A stretch of DNA of 63,719 nucleotides from Parasitella parasitica NRRL 2501 (Eukaryota > Fungi > Mucoromycota): assembly GCA_025201805.1 (NCBI GenBank), contig MU619267.1:191250-254968 (forward strand). Direction: 5' to 3'. The notes beneath the pieces are model-generated. The model was given only the letters and a program-made list of their open reading frames with translations. It did not search any database and was not told where the DNA came from. Positions within the stretch are counted from its first letter, which is position 1, and every line of letters starts with the position of its first letter. Below are positions 37,627 to 49,911 of this stretch, in pieces. Position numbers and translations under genes: made by a program.

Positions 37627-39747
37627 ATGGCTTCGAAACTTCTCTCAAGAGCCACGCCTCTTGCCTCTCGTACATGGTAAGTGACAATGGAGCATTTCTC
37701 GGTGAAATATCTCAAAATGGCCATACTATAGTCGCGACATTACAAAGGCTGTGCCCATTGGTCTCAGACATTACGCCACTGAAGGCAATAAAAAGAAGTT
37801 GAATACCTTCAGCTCCATCATTACCCAGCCCAAGAGTCAAGGCGCTTCTCAAGCCATGTGTAGGCGTTTTAAACTTTTAAAACCTCAATGTCCATGATCT
37901 GATATGTTACATATAGTGTACGCCACAGGTTTGACCGATGAAGACATGAATAAGGCTCAAGTTGGTATTTCTAGTGTGTAAGTTGTGTGCATCAAGTTTA
38001 TGCGGTCTGGGTGAACCACCTCTTTTACTGATTTGCATGTCATCCTATTATAGTTGGTATGAAGGTAATCCTTGCAACATGCATCTTTTGGACTTGGCTG
38101 GCGAGATCAAAAAAAGCGTCAAGGAAGCTGGCCTCATTGGTTATCGTTTCAACACTGTTGGTGTGAGTGATGGCATTTCTATGGGTACTCGTGGTATGAG
38201 CTATTCTCTCCAATCCAGAGATTTGATCGCTGACAGCATCGAAACCGTAAGTTGCATGGACTGCATTTGCCCGTATTGGGTTACCAACTTTTCCATATAG
38301 GTGATGGGCGGTCAATGGTATGATGCTAATATTTCTATTCCTGGTTGCGATAAAAACATGCCTGGTGTTTTAATGGCAATGGGCCGTGTAAATCGTCCTT
38401 CCTTGATGGTTTACGGTGGTACCATCCAGCCTGGTCAAAGTTGCGGCGGTGCCAAGCTTGATCTTGTATCTGCTTTCCAAGCTTATGGTGAATACGTAAC
38501 CGGCGCTATTGATGAAGAGAAGCGTTATGACATTATTCGTCATGCTTGTCCTGGTCCTGGTGCTTGTGGTGGCAGTAAGTTTTTTTTTTTTCTTCTTTTT
38601 CTTAGATAACTGTTTGTTGCTATAATAGGAATTAGCTAAACCAAAATGTTTTACAGTGTACACTGCCAACACCATGGCATCTGCTGCTGAAGCTATGGGC
38701 ATGACTTTACCTTACTCCTCATCGACTCCTGCTGCGTACCCCGAAAAGATTGAAGAATGCCACAAGGCCGGCTTCGCTATCCGCAATCTTCTTGAAAAAG
38801 ATATCAAACCTCGCGATATCATGACTCGTGCCGCCTTTGAAAATGCCATGGTCCTTACTATGGTTCTCGGTGGGTCCACTAACGTTGTTCTTCATTTGAT
38901 TGCCATTGCCAAGAGTGTCGGTGTCAAGCTAACTTTGGACGATTTCCAAGCTGCTAGTGACAAATCTCCTTTCTTGGCTGATTTGAAGCCTAGTGGCAAG
39001 TATGTTATGGAGGACCTGCATGGCATTGGTGGTATCCCTGCCATTCTTAAATACCTCATGGAGGAAAAGATGATTGACGGAAATGTCATGACTGTCACCG
39101 GTAAATCTCTTGAGGAGAACCTTCATTCGCTCCCTAGCCTTCCTCAAGGCCAAGATATCATCCGCCCTCTGTCCAACCCCATCAAGGCCAGTGGTCACTT
39201 GCAAGTTCTTCGCGGCAACTTGGCTCCCGAGGGCTCCGTCGCCAAAATTACTGGTAAGGAAGGTCTCCAATTCTCTGGTAAGGCTCGTGTATTCGATGGC
39301 GAGGAGCATTTCATTACTGCCCTTGAAAACAACGAGTTTAAGAAGGGTGTCAAGACTGTCGTTGTCATCAAAAACGAAGGCCCCAAGGGTGGACCTGGTA
39401 TGCGCGAAATGTTGAAGCCTTCATCTGCTATTATGGGAGCTGGTTTGGGCAACGATGTTGCACTTTTGACTGATGGTCGTTTCTCTGGCGGATCTCACGG
39501 CTTCATTATTGGCCATGTTTGTCCCGAAGCCCATGTCGGCGGCCCCATTGGCTTAGTTGAAGACGGTGATACCATCACTATCAATGCTGAAACTCGTGAA
39601 ATGAATGTTGACGTTTCTGACGAAGAGCTTGCTGAGAGAAAAAAGAGATTTGTTCCCAATCCCCCCAAGTATACCAGAGGTACTCTCGCCCGTTATGTCA
39701 TGACCGTCAAGAGCGCCAGTGAAGGAGCTGTTACTGATGAATTGTAA
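37627..39747 (+). CDS. ILV3: Dihydroxy-acid dehydratase, mitochondrial; multi-exon
   Basis: [56 protein letters not shown] and [13 protein letters not shown]. Confidence 0.97.
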
Positions 39748-40393
39748 TGCAAACCCGTGTATACTCTATTTTTTATAATTTATACTGAAAAACACTAGAC
39801 TATTCAGTTTTTTTTTTCGCACCAAAATGAACATGTAATATATAAATATACTCGAATAAAATTGATAGTTTCAGGGTATATTATTTTATTTCATTCTTTA
39901 TTTTGCGGCTCAGCAGATATCAAATATCGGTATACCTGGCACTCAGTATATCCAAATTGATAAACCTTGATCAAGTCAAAAAGAGATCACCAATGTTATA
40001 GTCTCTTCGTGCGGGTATTTATTGTTGCGCCATCACACGTTCAAACGACATATTGCGCCATAATGTGCCTTATTATGGACAGACATTCAGGACTTGAATT
40101 TATGGATGTGCTCATACCTGAAGCCGATCACTCTTCAGCGAATAAACGCATTGATATTATTGCCAATGTATTCTGCCAATATTTATTTGTTTATGATTGT
40201 TTGCAGCAAGTTTGTAACAATGTGTCAACTGGAAACCTCTTTTCTCGTGTTACATGTAACAAGGAACACGTTGCGATCTCGCCAATTACATTGGATAGCA
40301 CAACCTTGACTTGACATTTATGTGTTTGGAAATCAAATGTTGGTTGCTTTCTCTCTTCTTTTTTTTTTTCCACTTGAACATCGTAACGTAACA

Positions 40394-41297
40394 ATGGTAG
40401 GCAAGATCATCAGTTTCAGAATATGGAAAAAAAAGAAAAGCCGCTGACCTATTTCTACCAGAATGTCCGAGAGTATCAGCATAAAATTCTTGTTGTAGGA
40501 GACCTGGGTACTGGGAAAACATCGATTTTAAAGAGATATATACACAATGCATTTTCCAGCAATTACAAATCAACGGTATTTATATTGATATTATGGTCTC
40601 CATTCTAGGAATATCCTTCTAAAACCAGTTTGTTTTTGACAGATTGGAGTTGACTTTGCATTAAAAGTCATTCAGATCGATCCACACACAGTCGTAAACT
40701 TGCAAATGTGGGACATAGCTGGCCAGGAGCGATTTGGAAGTATGACCCGAGCATACTATAAAGGCGCTATGGGCGCATTTATTGTCTATGATGTGACAAG
40801 ACCAATCACCTTCCAAAATGCTTTAAAATGGAAGCAGGACTTAGACTCCAAAGTGGAGCTTCCTTTAGGCTGGGGAGGGGGCGATATACCTGTGGTTTTA
40901 CTGGCAAACAAAGTATACAAGGGACATACATCTATACGGCATTGTCACGTCTAACTCTGTAATACACATATATAGATTGATCAACGACACAACCCCAAAT
41001 CAAAAGAAGAGATGCAAGGCTTTTGCGCCCAACATAAGTTTATCCGCTGGTACTACAAGTCTGTAATTAATAAAACAAACTGTAATACTAACATATTGGC
41101 TTGATAGGTTTGATACATCAGCAAAGGAAAATACAAGTATAGAAGCCGCCGTTGAATACCTCATAAATCACATTGTACAACTAGAACTGTCAAAGCAGAC
41201 TGACAGTGATTACGAGATTGACTACAGTAGCAGTAGTAGTAGCGAATTCTCTCTTTATGATGATCGGCCAAATTTGCGCAATTCAAGCTGCTGTTAA
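40394..41297 (+). CDS. RAB32: Rab32/38-family small GTPase; first exon is the ATG only
   Basis: GDLGTGKTS, IGVDFALKV, the Rab32-type WDIAGQE, ANKID, TSAK and a C-terminal SSCC prenylation motif. Confidence 0.88.
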
Positions 41298-41429
41298 CTA
41301 TAATAAAGATGCTTCCATGTGCCGAGTATACCCATTGAAGTACGCGTATACTTTTTTTTTTTATATATATTTATATATTTATTCATCATGTTTGAGTATT
41401 TACAATCTTCTGATTTATGATATGATAGA

Positions 41430-42212
41430 TCAAGAATTCTTCTTCATTGCTTCATGCCTATCAGAGGCACCCGCAGCAGCACGACGAGCAGCGGATCTGT
41501 TCAAAACATCTTGAACCTGTTCTCTGGCTTTCACCTTTTTTTGGCGCTCCTCTTCCATCACAACACTGTCTGCCAAAAGACTATGGAATCCATAGTAAAT
41601 TCCTACCATCAAAGATACAAACATAATACCCATCGTAATCTGAAATGTAAGCCATTTAAGGCGAATAACGTAGGTAGTGATTAGCTCTGCTGTTTTGTTA
41701 CGATGAGGAAAAGCCTTAATAAGGCCAAAAATCATGAATGACTCAAAGAGATCAGCAAACATATTCAAAAGAGGAAGCCAAGCGCCAGGACGAACCGCAT
41801 CGGGCGCCTTCTTGTAAGCCCACGTGCAGACCACAATGACAGGCGCGGAGCGTGCAATCACGAATACAACATCGTAGAACAAATATGTCAAATAGGCTTG
41901 TCTTCCTTTGGGTCCATAGCTATTCAACGCATAAAAGACTTCATTCGACGTCGTGGGATTCTGGTATTCGAGGATATCCAACATGGCCTCACCATCAGCA
42001 TCATACCCCAAGGGATTGATAATCTAGCCTTAATCCAATCAGTAAATTTCTTGGTGATTTTATTAAAATCGATACATTACCACAGCATACTTATATAAGC
42101 GATCCAACATAATTTTGGTCACCACAATGGAGAAGATAAGAATACGAGCATTCAACAACGAGTTTAGCAACATCGCTGAAACTTGAGGAAAGGGGTCTAA
42201 TCTGAACTTCAT
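41430..42212 (-). CDS. Conserved hypothetical multi-pass membrane protein; 2 exons
   Basis: MKFRLDPFP start, one GT-AG intron (~42030-42074), YGPKGRQAYLTY and ADLFES motifs, and hydrophobic helices. Confidence 0.75.
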
Positions 42213-42789
42213 GGTTGAAATGAATAAAGAAAAGAAAAAAAGCACGGAAAACTCGTATGTAGTGAAAGATCTCGGTTTATCTTTTTGCATGTTAATGTGA
42301 CTATATTAACACTAAACAGCCTTGCTGTCTTTGATGAGAGAATGAAGACATAATTATGATATCAACAGTATTAGGCAACAGAAGGATCGAATGATGATCC
42401 CGAGACAAAATGGAAAAAACACAGAAGGGTAAAGCTTTTCAATAGAGTGTCATTTGTTGTATATATGCTCCAAGTAACAATTTTGTTGATAATAATATAC
42501 AATACCTCCAGTACCAAATAGGACCCTTGGTGCTTTTGACTACAACAATCTGCACATTCGCCTAGTCTAAATTGCACTTTTTGTAGTCTCCATTTGCGAT
42601 TTCGCAATATATCTTGCTTTTGTTGATTTTGTTAAAACAGAGAATAGTCGTTTTTCCATAGCAGGAAAAAAAGAGGTAGGCTTTGAACTAGTACGAATTT
42701 GGTATACATGCTATTAGATAAGATAATTACATTCTTGGGCAAAATCACATAATATTTGCTTTCAATTCTGGTTTGTTTGATGGTGTGTT

Positions 42790-43125
42790 TTGAAAAATAG
42801 TTCTCCCCTTTTCAGTTTATTGAATAAGCCCTCTGTTATCGTTGATCAAATCTCTCGTGAGTTATTTTGAGTATGAATTAGATCTGAATCAAATTGCTTC
42901 ATTTGTAAGAAATGTTTTATTATATGATTGTTTTATTATTTGAAGCTTCGAGGCTCTTTTTATGTGCATGATTACAGGACAAAGCTTCTTGGTCCCATCT
43001 GCAGCGTAGGTACTGATACATATATGCTGCATGAAAAGGTCGATGTTTTGACACATTGTGTGCTACAAATCAAAATCAGGTGTTGCGTGCATCCTGAATA
43101 CAAATGCGTACACCCTGTTGTCGTT
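42790..43125 (+). pseudogene. Possible highly decayed YKT6 (longin SNARE) relic
   Basis: Fragments in the expected order: VILS/ELDLNQIASF, GTAAG intron, LRGS..RTKL, HIVCYKSKSGVACI, HPEY and AYTLLS. Many indels are needed, so the call is weak. Confidence 0.3.
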
Positions 43126-43364
43126 TGGTAGCTCAAGCAAGTAGGGAAAGGAATCAATTTATAATGATCAACCTATGGTATACAACCACAGTAGAACAGG
43201 CCTTAGGGTGTTAATGTATTTATCATACATCGCCTAATTTTATCAACCGAAAGGCCCAAATAAAGGGGAAAACGAATAGACTCAAGGTCACATTGAGCCC
43301 AAAGGATAAAACGATCAACAAGCGTCCCCAAAATTGAGCTGCATTCTCTTTCACCGATTAAGAA

Positions 43365-45069
43365 ATGGATGCTTTTTTCGAACTAGCATCTAGCAAGCTG
43401 GGTGGCAATCCCACAGCCGAGCAATTGAAGATTGTAGCTTCCATTTTGTCGTCCTATCCCTGTGCTCTGTTATTCCGGCTGATTCCTGACAGCCAGACAC
43501 AAATGAAGCACTTGTTTTCCATATTGGTAACATCCTACATCATGACATCAGTTCTGCACTACTACCATGGATTCCTACACATCGTTATAGTCTGTCTGTT
43601 TACATGGACATTTATGAAATTCTACAAAGGGAAGCACGGTCCTTGGGTTAATTTCGCTGTGATTATGCTACACATGTCAATCTGGTGAGTTAGTTATTGC
43701 ACTTTACAGCAAATATTTTTCATGCTAAAATCAAAACACACATGCACATAACAAAGCCATTTACAACGCCAATGGGGTGGTTATGACATAGACGATTCGA
43801 ACGATTATTCTGGTATTTTGATGATCGCAACTGTCAAATTGACATCTTTTGGCTTCAATGTAGCCGATGGTCGCACAAAAAACCAAGCCTTGTTATCCAG
43901 TTACAACGTTCGCATGAAAGTGGAGCGCTATCCAACTCTACTCGAATTTTACGGCTGGATGTTCTTTTTTGGCGGTTTCTTGGTAGGCCCTACTTCAGAA
44001 TTCATGGACTATATGCGCTTTATTTCCATGCAAATGTTTCTTGTCAAAGGCAAAGTCCATGTTCCTTCGTCGGGCAAGCAGACACTCTTCCTCGTCGCCA
44101 AAAGTTTGTGCTTTGTCACAGTCATTGTCACAGTTGCTCCTTACTACAACTCTGCTAGTATAAGCTCTGCTGCATTCGCTGATCTCTCGTTTGGTAAAAA
44201 GTAAGGTTTTTGTTTAGCAGTGGTTTTTCATCGCAATTGCGTTCCTAACAGATATGTGTGTACATTCCACAAAACAGACTGATCTATCTACAAATTGCTG
44301 CATTTACTTCACGTTGCAAATACTATGTTGCCTGGCTTTTGTCTGAAGCCGCCTGTGTGCTTTGTAATTTTGGATTCAATGGGTACGATGTCAGTGGAAA
44401 TCCACGTTGGGATCGTTTCACCAACATCTTTGTGCTCAAGTGTGAGCTCAGTCAATCCCTCAAAGAGATGCTTGATCATTGGAACATTGGTGCAAACCGT
44501 TGGCTACGCTATTATGTATATATGCGTGTTACTCCTCCTGGACAAACCGGTGGAGCTTTGAGTGCATTCGTTACATATGCTGTTTCTGCTCTCTGGCATG
44601 GCTTCTATCCTGGCTATTACAGTAAGTATTGAATGAATATCCTGTAGCTTTCAACTCAATTTCTATACTAGTGTTTTTTTTGTCCATTACGCCTTTCCAA
44701 ATGCTAGCTCGTCATATTCGCAGAACATTCCGTCCTTTGGTCATGATTCCGGGTACCAAAAACCCTCAACCTGCTCTCAAATTTCTCTATGACATGACTG
44801 GAACTATTCTTACCATGTCTATTGTCAACATTTTGTCTGCAGCTTTTAACTTATTGTACTGGCATCCATCTATCACTGTGTGGAAGCAAGTTTACTTTAT
44901 CCATTATGTCGTTGGTTTCTCTGGCTACATTCTCTGGAAAACAACGCATTGTTCGTTAAGAGAATATCAAAACAAGAGAGAAGCAAAGGCAATTTCTCAA
45001 CGAACACGTCCCCTTACACCACCCATTGATGAACAGATCCCCTCTATTATCCAGCAGAAAAAAGTTTAA
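43365..45069 (+). CDS. ALE1: MBOAT lysophospholipid acyltransferase (Ale1/LPCAT3-like); 4 exons
   Basis: KLTSFGFNVADG, FFGGFLVGP, KYYVAWLL, WNIGANRWLRYYVY and catalytic SALWHGFYPGYY. Confidence 0.9.
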
Positions 45070-45125
45070 TAAAATGACACGCCTCATACGTAAATAGGCA
45101 CACATAGACAGCACCCAGGACAGTT

Positions 45126-45580
45126 TTATTCAAAATAATAACTACAATTATAAATTTTGATGCGAGGAGTGTTGATCTCTTTGTTGCCAATAGCCATTGC
45201 AGTAATTACCAACAAGTTTCTGAGGGAGTGGAAAGGGTAAGTTCTCAACTGCACTTGATAAGGATGCATTCGTGGATAATGGGGTGGCAATGGATAATCG
45301 ATATTGGCGCAAGATATATGAGGATTGGCATCGCTATTCAACTGCTGCTGTTGCTGTGCCTGTTGATAGTTTAACAAAACAACGCCAAAAGCTACTGCTC
45401 ATGCACACGAGTAGTAAAAGTATAGACAAGACTATTTTCAGAAACAACCAGGAGAAGAACTTGAGTACCAATTAATGTGCTCAATTCATAAGCCTGTGTT
45501 TTATTATATACGTGTAAAAAAAGAAGGATAGAAAGAGAGAGAATACTTTTTATGATGCAAATGCTTGACTTTATGTAACA
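45126..45580 (-). pseudogene. Relic of an MCM1/SRF-type MADS-box gene
   Basis: After an ACACAG acceptor, 45493-45392 reads AYELSTLIGTQVLLLVVSENSLVYTFTTRVHEQ* (MADS C-terminal half). The upstream exon is eroded. A Q/P-rich remnant follows (YQQAQQQQQ...YPLPPHYP). Confidence 0.8.
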
Positions 45581-45663
45581 ATCGCTAATAACTTTGGATT
45601 CATATCTGCATACATATACGAAAACCGCCTCAACAAACCTTACGCGCTTTACCCAAAAATTTT

Positions 45664-47996
45664 TTATTGTGAAGCAATGAAATGGCTGGCGTCATACATC
45701 ATGGCAAACCAAGGATGAGGGAATCGATCATAGTAATCAATGTCGAACTTACCGCCGTTCAACAAGTTGATTGTGCCTGCAACCAGCGGAGATGTCAAAT
45801 CTTCGCGTGGCACCTGGTGGCCCTGCGTAAACTTTATAGTATCTAATTCATTTAGACAAGACTTCATCATTGATCGAGCTTCCTTTGCAATACGCTTGTT
45901 TGGCGATAAAGCTAATAGCACGAGAACATCTAAAGCATGGAATAGGAACTCACTAGCAGACAGAATGTAGTTGCCTGCATNNNNNNNNNNNNNNNNNNNN
46001 NNNNNAAAAAAAAAAAAAAAAAAAAAAAGGAGAAAAGAATACACTTACATGAGTTTGGGTTAGCCACTGCAAGTCTGTGGATCGCATGAAGTAACAATTT
46101 GCAACTCTCTAGCGCTTTGGTTAACGAATGCTCTTGCACCCGGGATAGTAAATCTTGGCCGTAATCAGACAAGGATTTAGGTTGTAATAAACAAGAATAG
46201 GTGCTGACATGGAATACGTGAAATTGTATAAAATTCGTCAACAGTATGGAATCGGTAACTTGATCTATCGCTTTGTAACATTTCTCCCAATCATATAGAT
46301 CATCGCAGAGTCGAAATTCTGCAGGCATAGCTGATGCCCACTCGCGCATTACGTCTTCGATCCTGATGATAGATTCAAAACTAAGCGTACATGTTCTACC
46401 CACATGGACACGATGAATTTGGCCCTGTGAAAGTCAGTGTTAATAAGAGAATACAGGCAGAGCAAACAGCGGAAGCTTTACCATGAAATTCCTCACAAAC
46501 TCATGATTATACAAGTTGATTACCCAATTCTGTGATCGAACGAATCGCTTTGTTTCGTCGGGCTCGTCCTCCATGTATTTCCAAGTTGGAAAATGGAAGC
46601 AGTTGTTGTCTGAAAAGTCATTTGCAATGAAATCCATTAGTTTGCTTGTGGACATGGAAAGAGTAATATGCCGGGTAAACAGCATTTTGTCGACATCGGT
46701 AATTGGGTCTTCTTGTTTTGTATAGGTATAATGCCCCATGTGCGACGAGCCCTCAAAGCAATCGTGATATTTAGGCCCTTGGAATTCAGGGTAATCATGC
46801 CGCAGATCAAGCAAAATCTGATAAGCCATCGAGACTAATTGTCGACATTCCGCGTATTTAAGAGTTACATGCATGTACTGAATTTGTAAGTTGATCCCAA
46901 TTACGTTTTCTAATCGTTTCTCGGGTTCGTCGAATTGATCCATAATGATGTTTCTAGCTTTAGCATGAAAAAAGTCGCCCATGTTTCGTCGCTCTCGAGG
47001 AGAAAACCCCAGATGCTTACAGGGAGTTGAGCACACATAGGAACAAATGCCTAGTGTGATCAGATCTGTCAGTGGGTCTTCAATAGTGGCCAATTTCTGT
47101 CGATAGGATGGCTCATGCACCAGAGGGTTATTTATATTGTGGCATTTGAAATAAATGTTCAGCAGCTGGTCTACAAGTGATTGCGGATCCAGTAATAATG
47201 TACTCGGCAGGAGGAGAGATGACGGTGAGCTGGAGGGATTTGTGTTTATACATCTTGTCAAAACCTTGATCGTGAATGGAATGAGACTTCCGGTGCCTTC
47301 TTTTCCAAAGCTTATAATGATTCCAGCGTCGTTTCCTCTGTAGAAAGAATCGTTAAAAAAAGAGCCATCGTCACTGTCGCTGTTGTTTGACGACGCTGAA
47401 AACGAGGATGACGATGACCATGTCGTTGATCTTTCTCGATGACCACCCAACGGGGATAAATAGGTTATCGAAGGGTCGAACTGTAGCAATTCACTTATAT
47501 TACGTATGCCTGTCTCTATTTGAAAACTGCCATTTTCAATCTTGAACTTCCAGTTGTGAAATAAACTTTGAATCATTGTATTTGACAGTTCTGACAAGTG
47601 TTGGCTGCTGCCGCTTGTGATCGACAATTCGTTATTGCTGGTGTTGTTGTATCTGGAAAGGCTTGCATTATGGCTGCTGCGGCGTACCTGCAACTGCCGC
47701 TCCATGAAAGACACGGCCTCTTCAAGCTGTCTCACTTGATCCTTCAAGTTATTGATATCCTGATCTCCTTTCAGTTGCTCACACTCATACTGTTCATCTG
47801 GCTGCTCTTCTTGCTGTGCTGGCTGCTGGCAAACCTTGCCAAGTCTCTCGCACCTGGAGCATTTAGATATCAAATTGGGGTGTACACATTTTCGACGATG
47901 CTTTCTACATTCTAAATCAATCATTTCATTACACAAAATATCAATGCAATGTAGAATGAGTTTATTACCAGTGCAAGGAGTGTTCCTGACTTTCAT
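45664..47996 (-). CDS. Zn(II)2Cys6 fungal transcription factor with fungal-specific TF domain; multi-exon
   Basis: After removing intron 47968-47912: CTECRKHRRKC-x7-CSRCERLGKVC, then a coiled coil and the YFKCHNINNPLVH middle-domain motif. Confidence 0.88.
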
Positions 47997-48090
47997 GGTT
48001 CAGATTCACGCTGTAGAAGAAAAGTGGATAGAGAGAGATTGAGAGAAAGAAGAAGAAACATGAATTAAAAAAAGCAAAAGAACCCAAAAT

Positions 48091-49686
48091 TTATTGGAAG
48101 GTGCTGAACATGTGATTGGTCATATCAGATCGTAAAGGCTTGACTTTTCGAACACCTGCAAATCCTCTTCTATCACCTTTGGTCATCATGATCTTCCAAT
48201 TCGCTTTCAGGTTTGACAAGACTCTTTCGATTTCCTCATTGTGATCCGGCGAAGACGCCAATAATGAGGTCATTTGGAGCATTTTCGCTGCTGTGGCTGC
48301 TGGATTTTGCGATGATCCGAAATCAGTGAACAGTTTGTTGAATACATCTGCAAAAAAAAAAAAAAAAAAAAAATGCGTCAAGACGAGTGCGCTATGTATG
48401 CATCAGGTGCTGTATCTGCATATCTGCATATCTGCATATCTACCTTCTAGTCTCTTTGTCTGTAGCAAAATGACATTATCTCTAAAGCTACGCAAGGCCA
48501 TGTTACGTACATTCCACATTTCTGCTTCGTCGGGTGATCTATACCGAACGTCTGTTCGCAGCGGCAGAAACACTGCTTCAAAGTAGGGCAATGCGTACGT
48601 AAAGAAAAAAGACCATTGCTCCACCAGTCGATCCAGCAGCTTCTCATCCGTCACACCAAACATCTTTGCGTTCAGAGTAAACATCCCGTCCCTCAGTAAA
48701 GCTTCTATGTCATGGTAGAACTTTGTGGTGATTGATTCTGACAAACATCGTCGTAACAGATCGTTCAGATCTTCAATCGTTCCCTGGACACCCTCGCCGT
48801 TGAACAAAGGTAACACCCTCACACACAGTGTCTGCCAAGCATCTCCCTGAGCTGTGTTGAGGTGATGATTCACCGTTGGTGGTAGGGTGGCGCTACTGAG
48901 GCTATTCTGTCGATGGTATTGAAAGCCGGAGGGTCCTGTCGCTGCCGCCATCGATTGGAAGGATATACTGCTGGTGGTGTTATTCCCAAAGTAAAAGTTT
49001 TGCTGTTGCTGTTGCTGCTGCTGCTGCTGTTGCTGTTGTTGCTGTTGCTGTTGAATTGAACTATGCGTGGGCGAAGTGGGTGAAATGACATCGTCTCCTC
49101 CCTTTGTGTGAAAGACAGATTTTTCCATATCACGAGTTATTGATTTTGCATCTAACGCTGTTAAAGACTTGTGGATCGAGGGTGAGGTAATGGGAGATGT
49201 TGGTCGTTGTGCTGGTTGCGACACTGTCCTATCGAGACTGGCGGCACTCGCATGTCTGGTGGGATAGGCATTGGAAGAGCCAGATCCAGGGATTGACCGC
49301 ATACTATGGCGCTTATTTTGGCTACCTCCTCCACTAGGTGGAGGTCGCATTGTTGGTGTGGTAGCTGATAACGACCGTGTAGGGTTCGGTTGCGATGTAG
49401 CACCTGATGTATTGGCGTTTGCTGGAGCGTTATTGAGAGAAGCCGAAAGCGAGGACGATGAGTTGGAAGACGATGAAAGAGCAGCTGGTGCTTTATCGTT
49501 TACGTCGTCCTTTTCGATTGGCAGTGGTGGGAGCGGTGCATCGTATATGCTAGGAGATACCATTTCTATATTCTCAAAATTGCGGGTTAAAGATGTATGT
49601 AAAAAGTGGACACTTGTACGCATTTGGTTATATTTTTGATTGGCTCTCATGACTTGATTGTGTAAGGGGTTGTTGGGAAAAAACAT
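48091..49686 (-). CDS. HbrB/Bit61/PRR5-like protein (TORC2-associated family); 2 exons
   Basis: DAWQTLCVRVLPLFNGEG..IEDLNDL, WSFFFTYALPYFEAVFLPL and ALRSFRDNVIL, with a polyQ tract at ~49001-49053. Confidence 0.85.
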
Positions 49687-49911
49687 TCGGTTTCATGATA
49701 ATTTGCTTTTAAAAGATACTAGTGATTTTTATTGACTCGAGCAATCTACCTCTAAGTGTGATAGCGTATATGCTTATATTTATGGAGAAAAAAAAAGAGC
49801 CAGATATAGGATAAAAGATGGTTATCAGATGGGTAAATATTAGATTGGGTGTATCGTTGAAGGGACTAAGAATAATTCATATATATGCATAAAATTGATG
49901 GGGTGTGTGTG

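Noticed and set aside
38040-39452. Several antisense and alternate-frame ORFs over ILV3 (similar ones over the subtilisin, pacC, HbrB and kinase genes)
   Set aside because: Shadow ORFs caused by codon bias or low-complexity sequence of the real gene; no recognisable domains.
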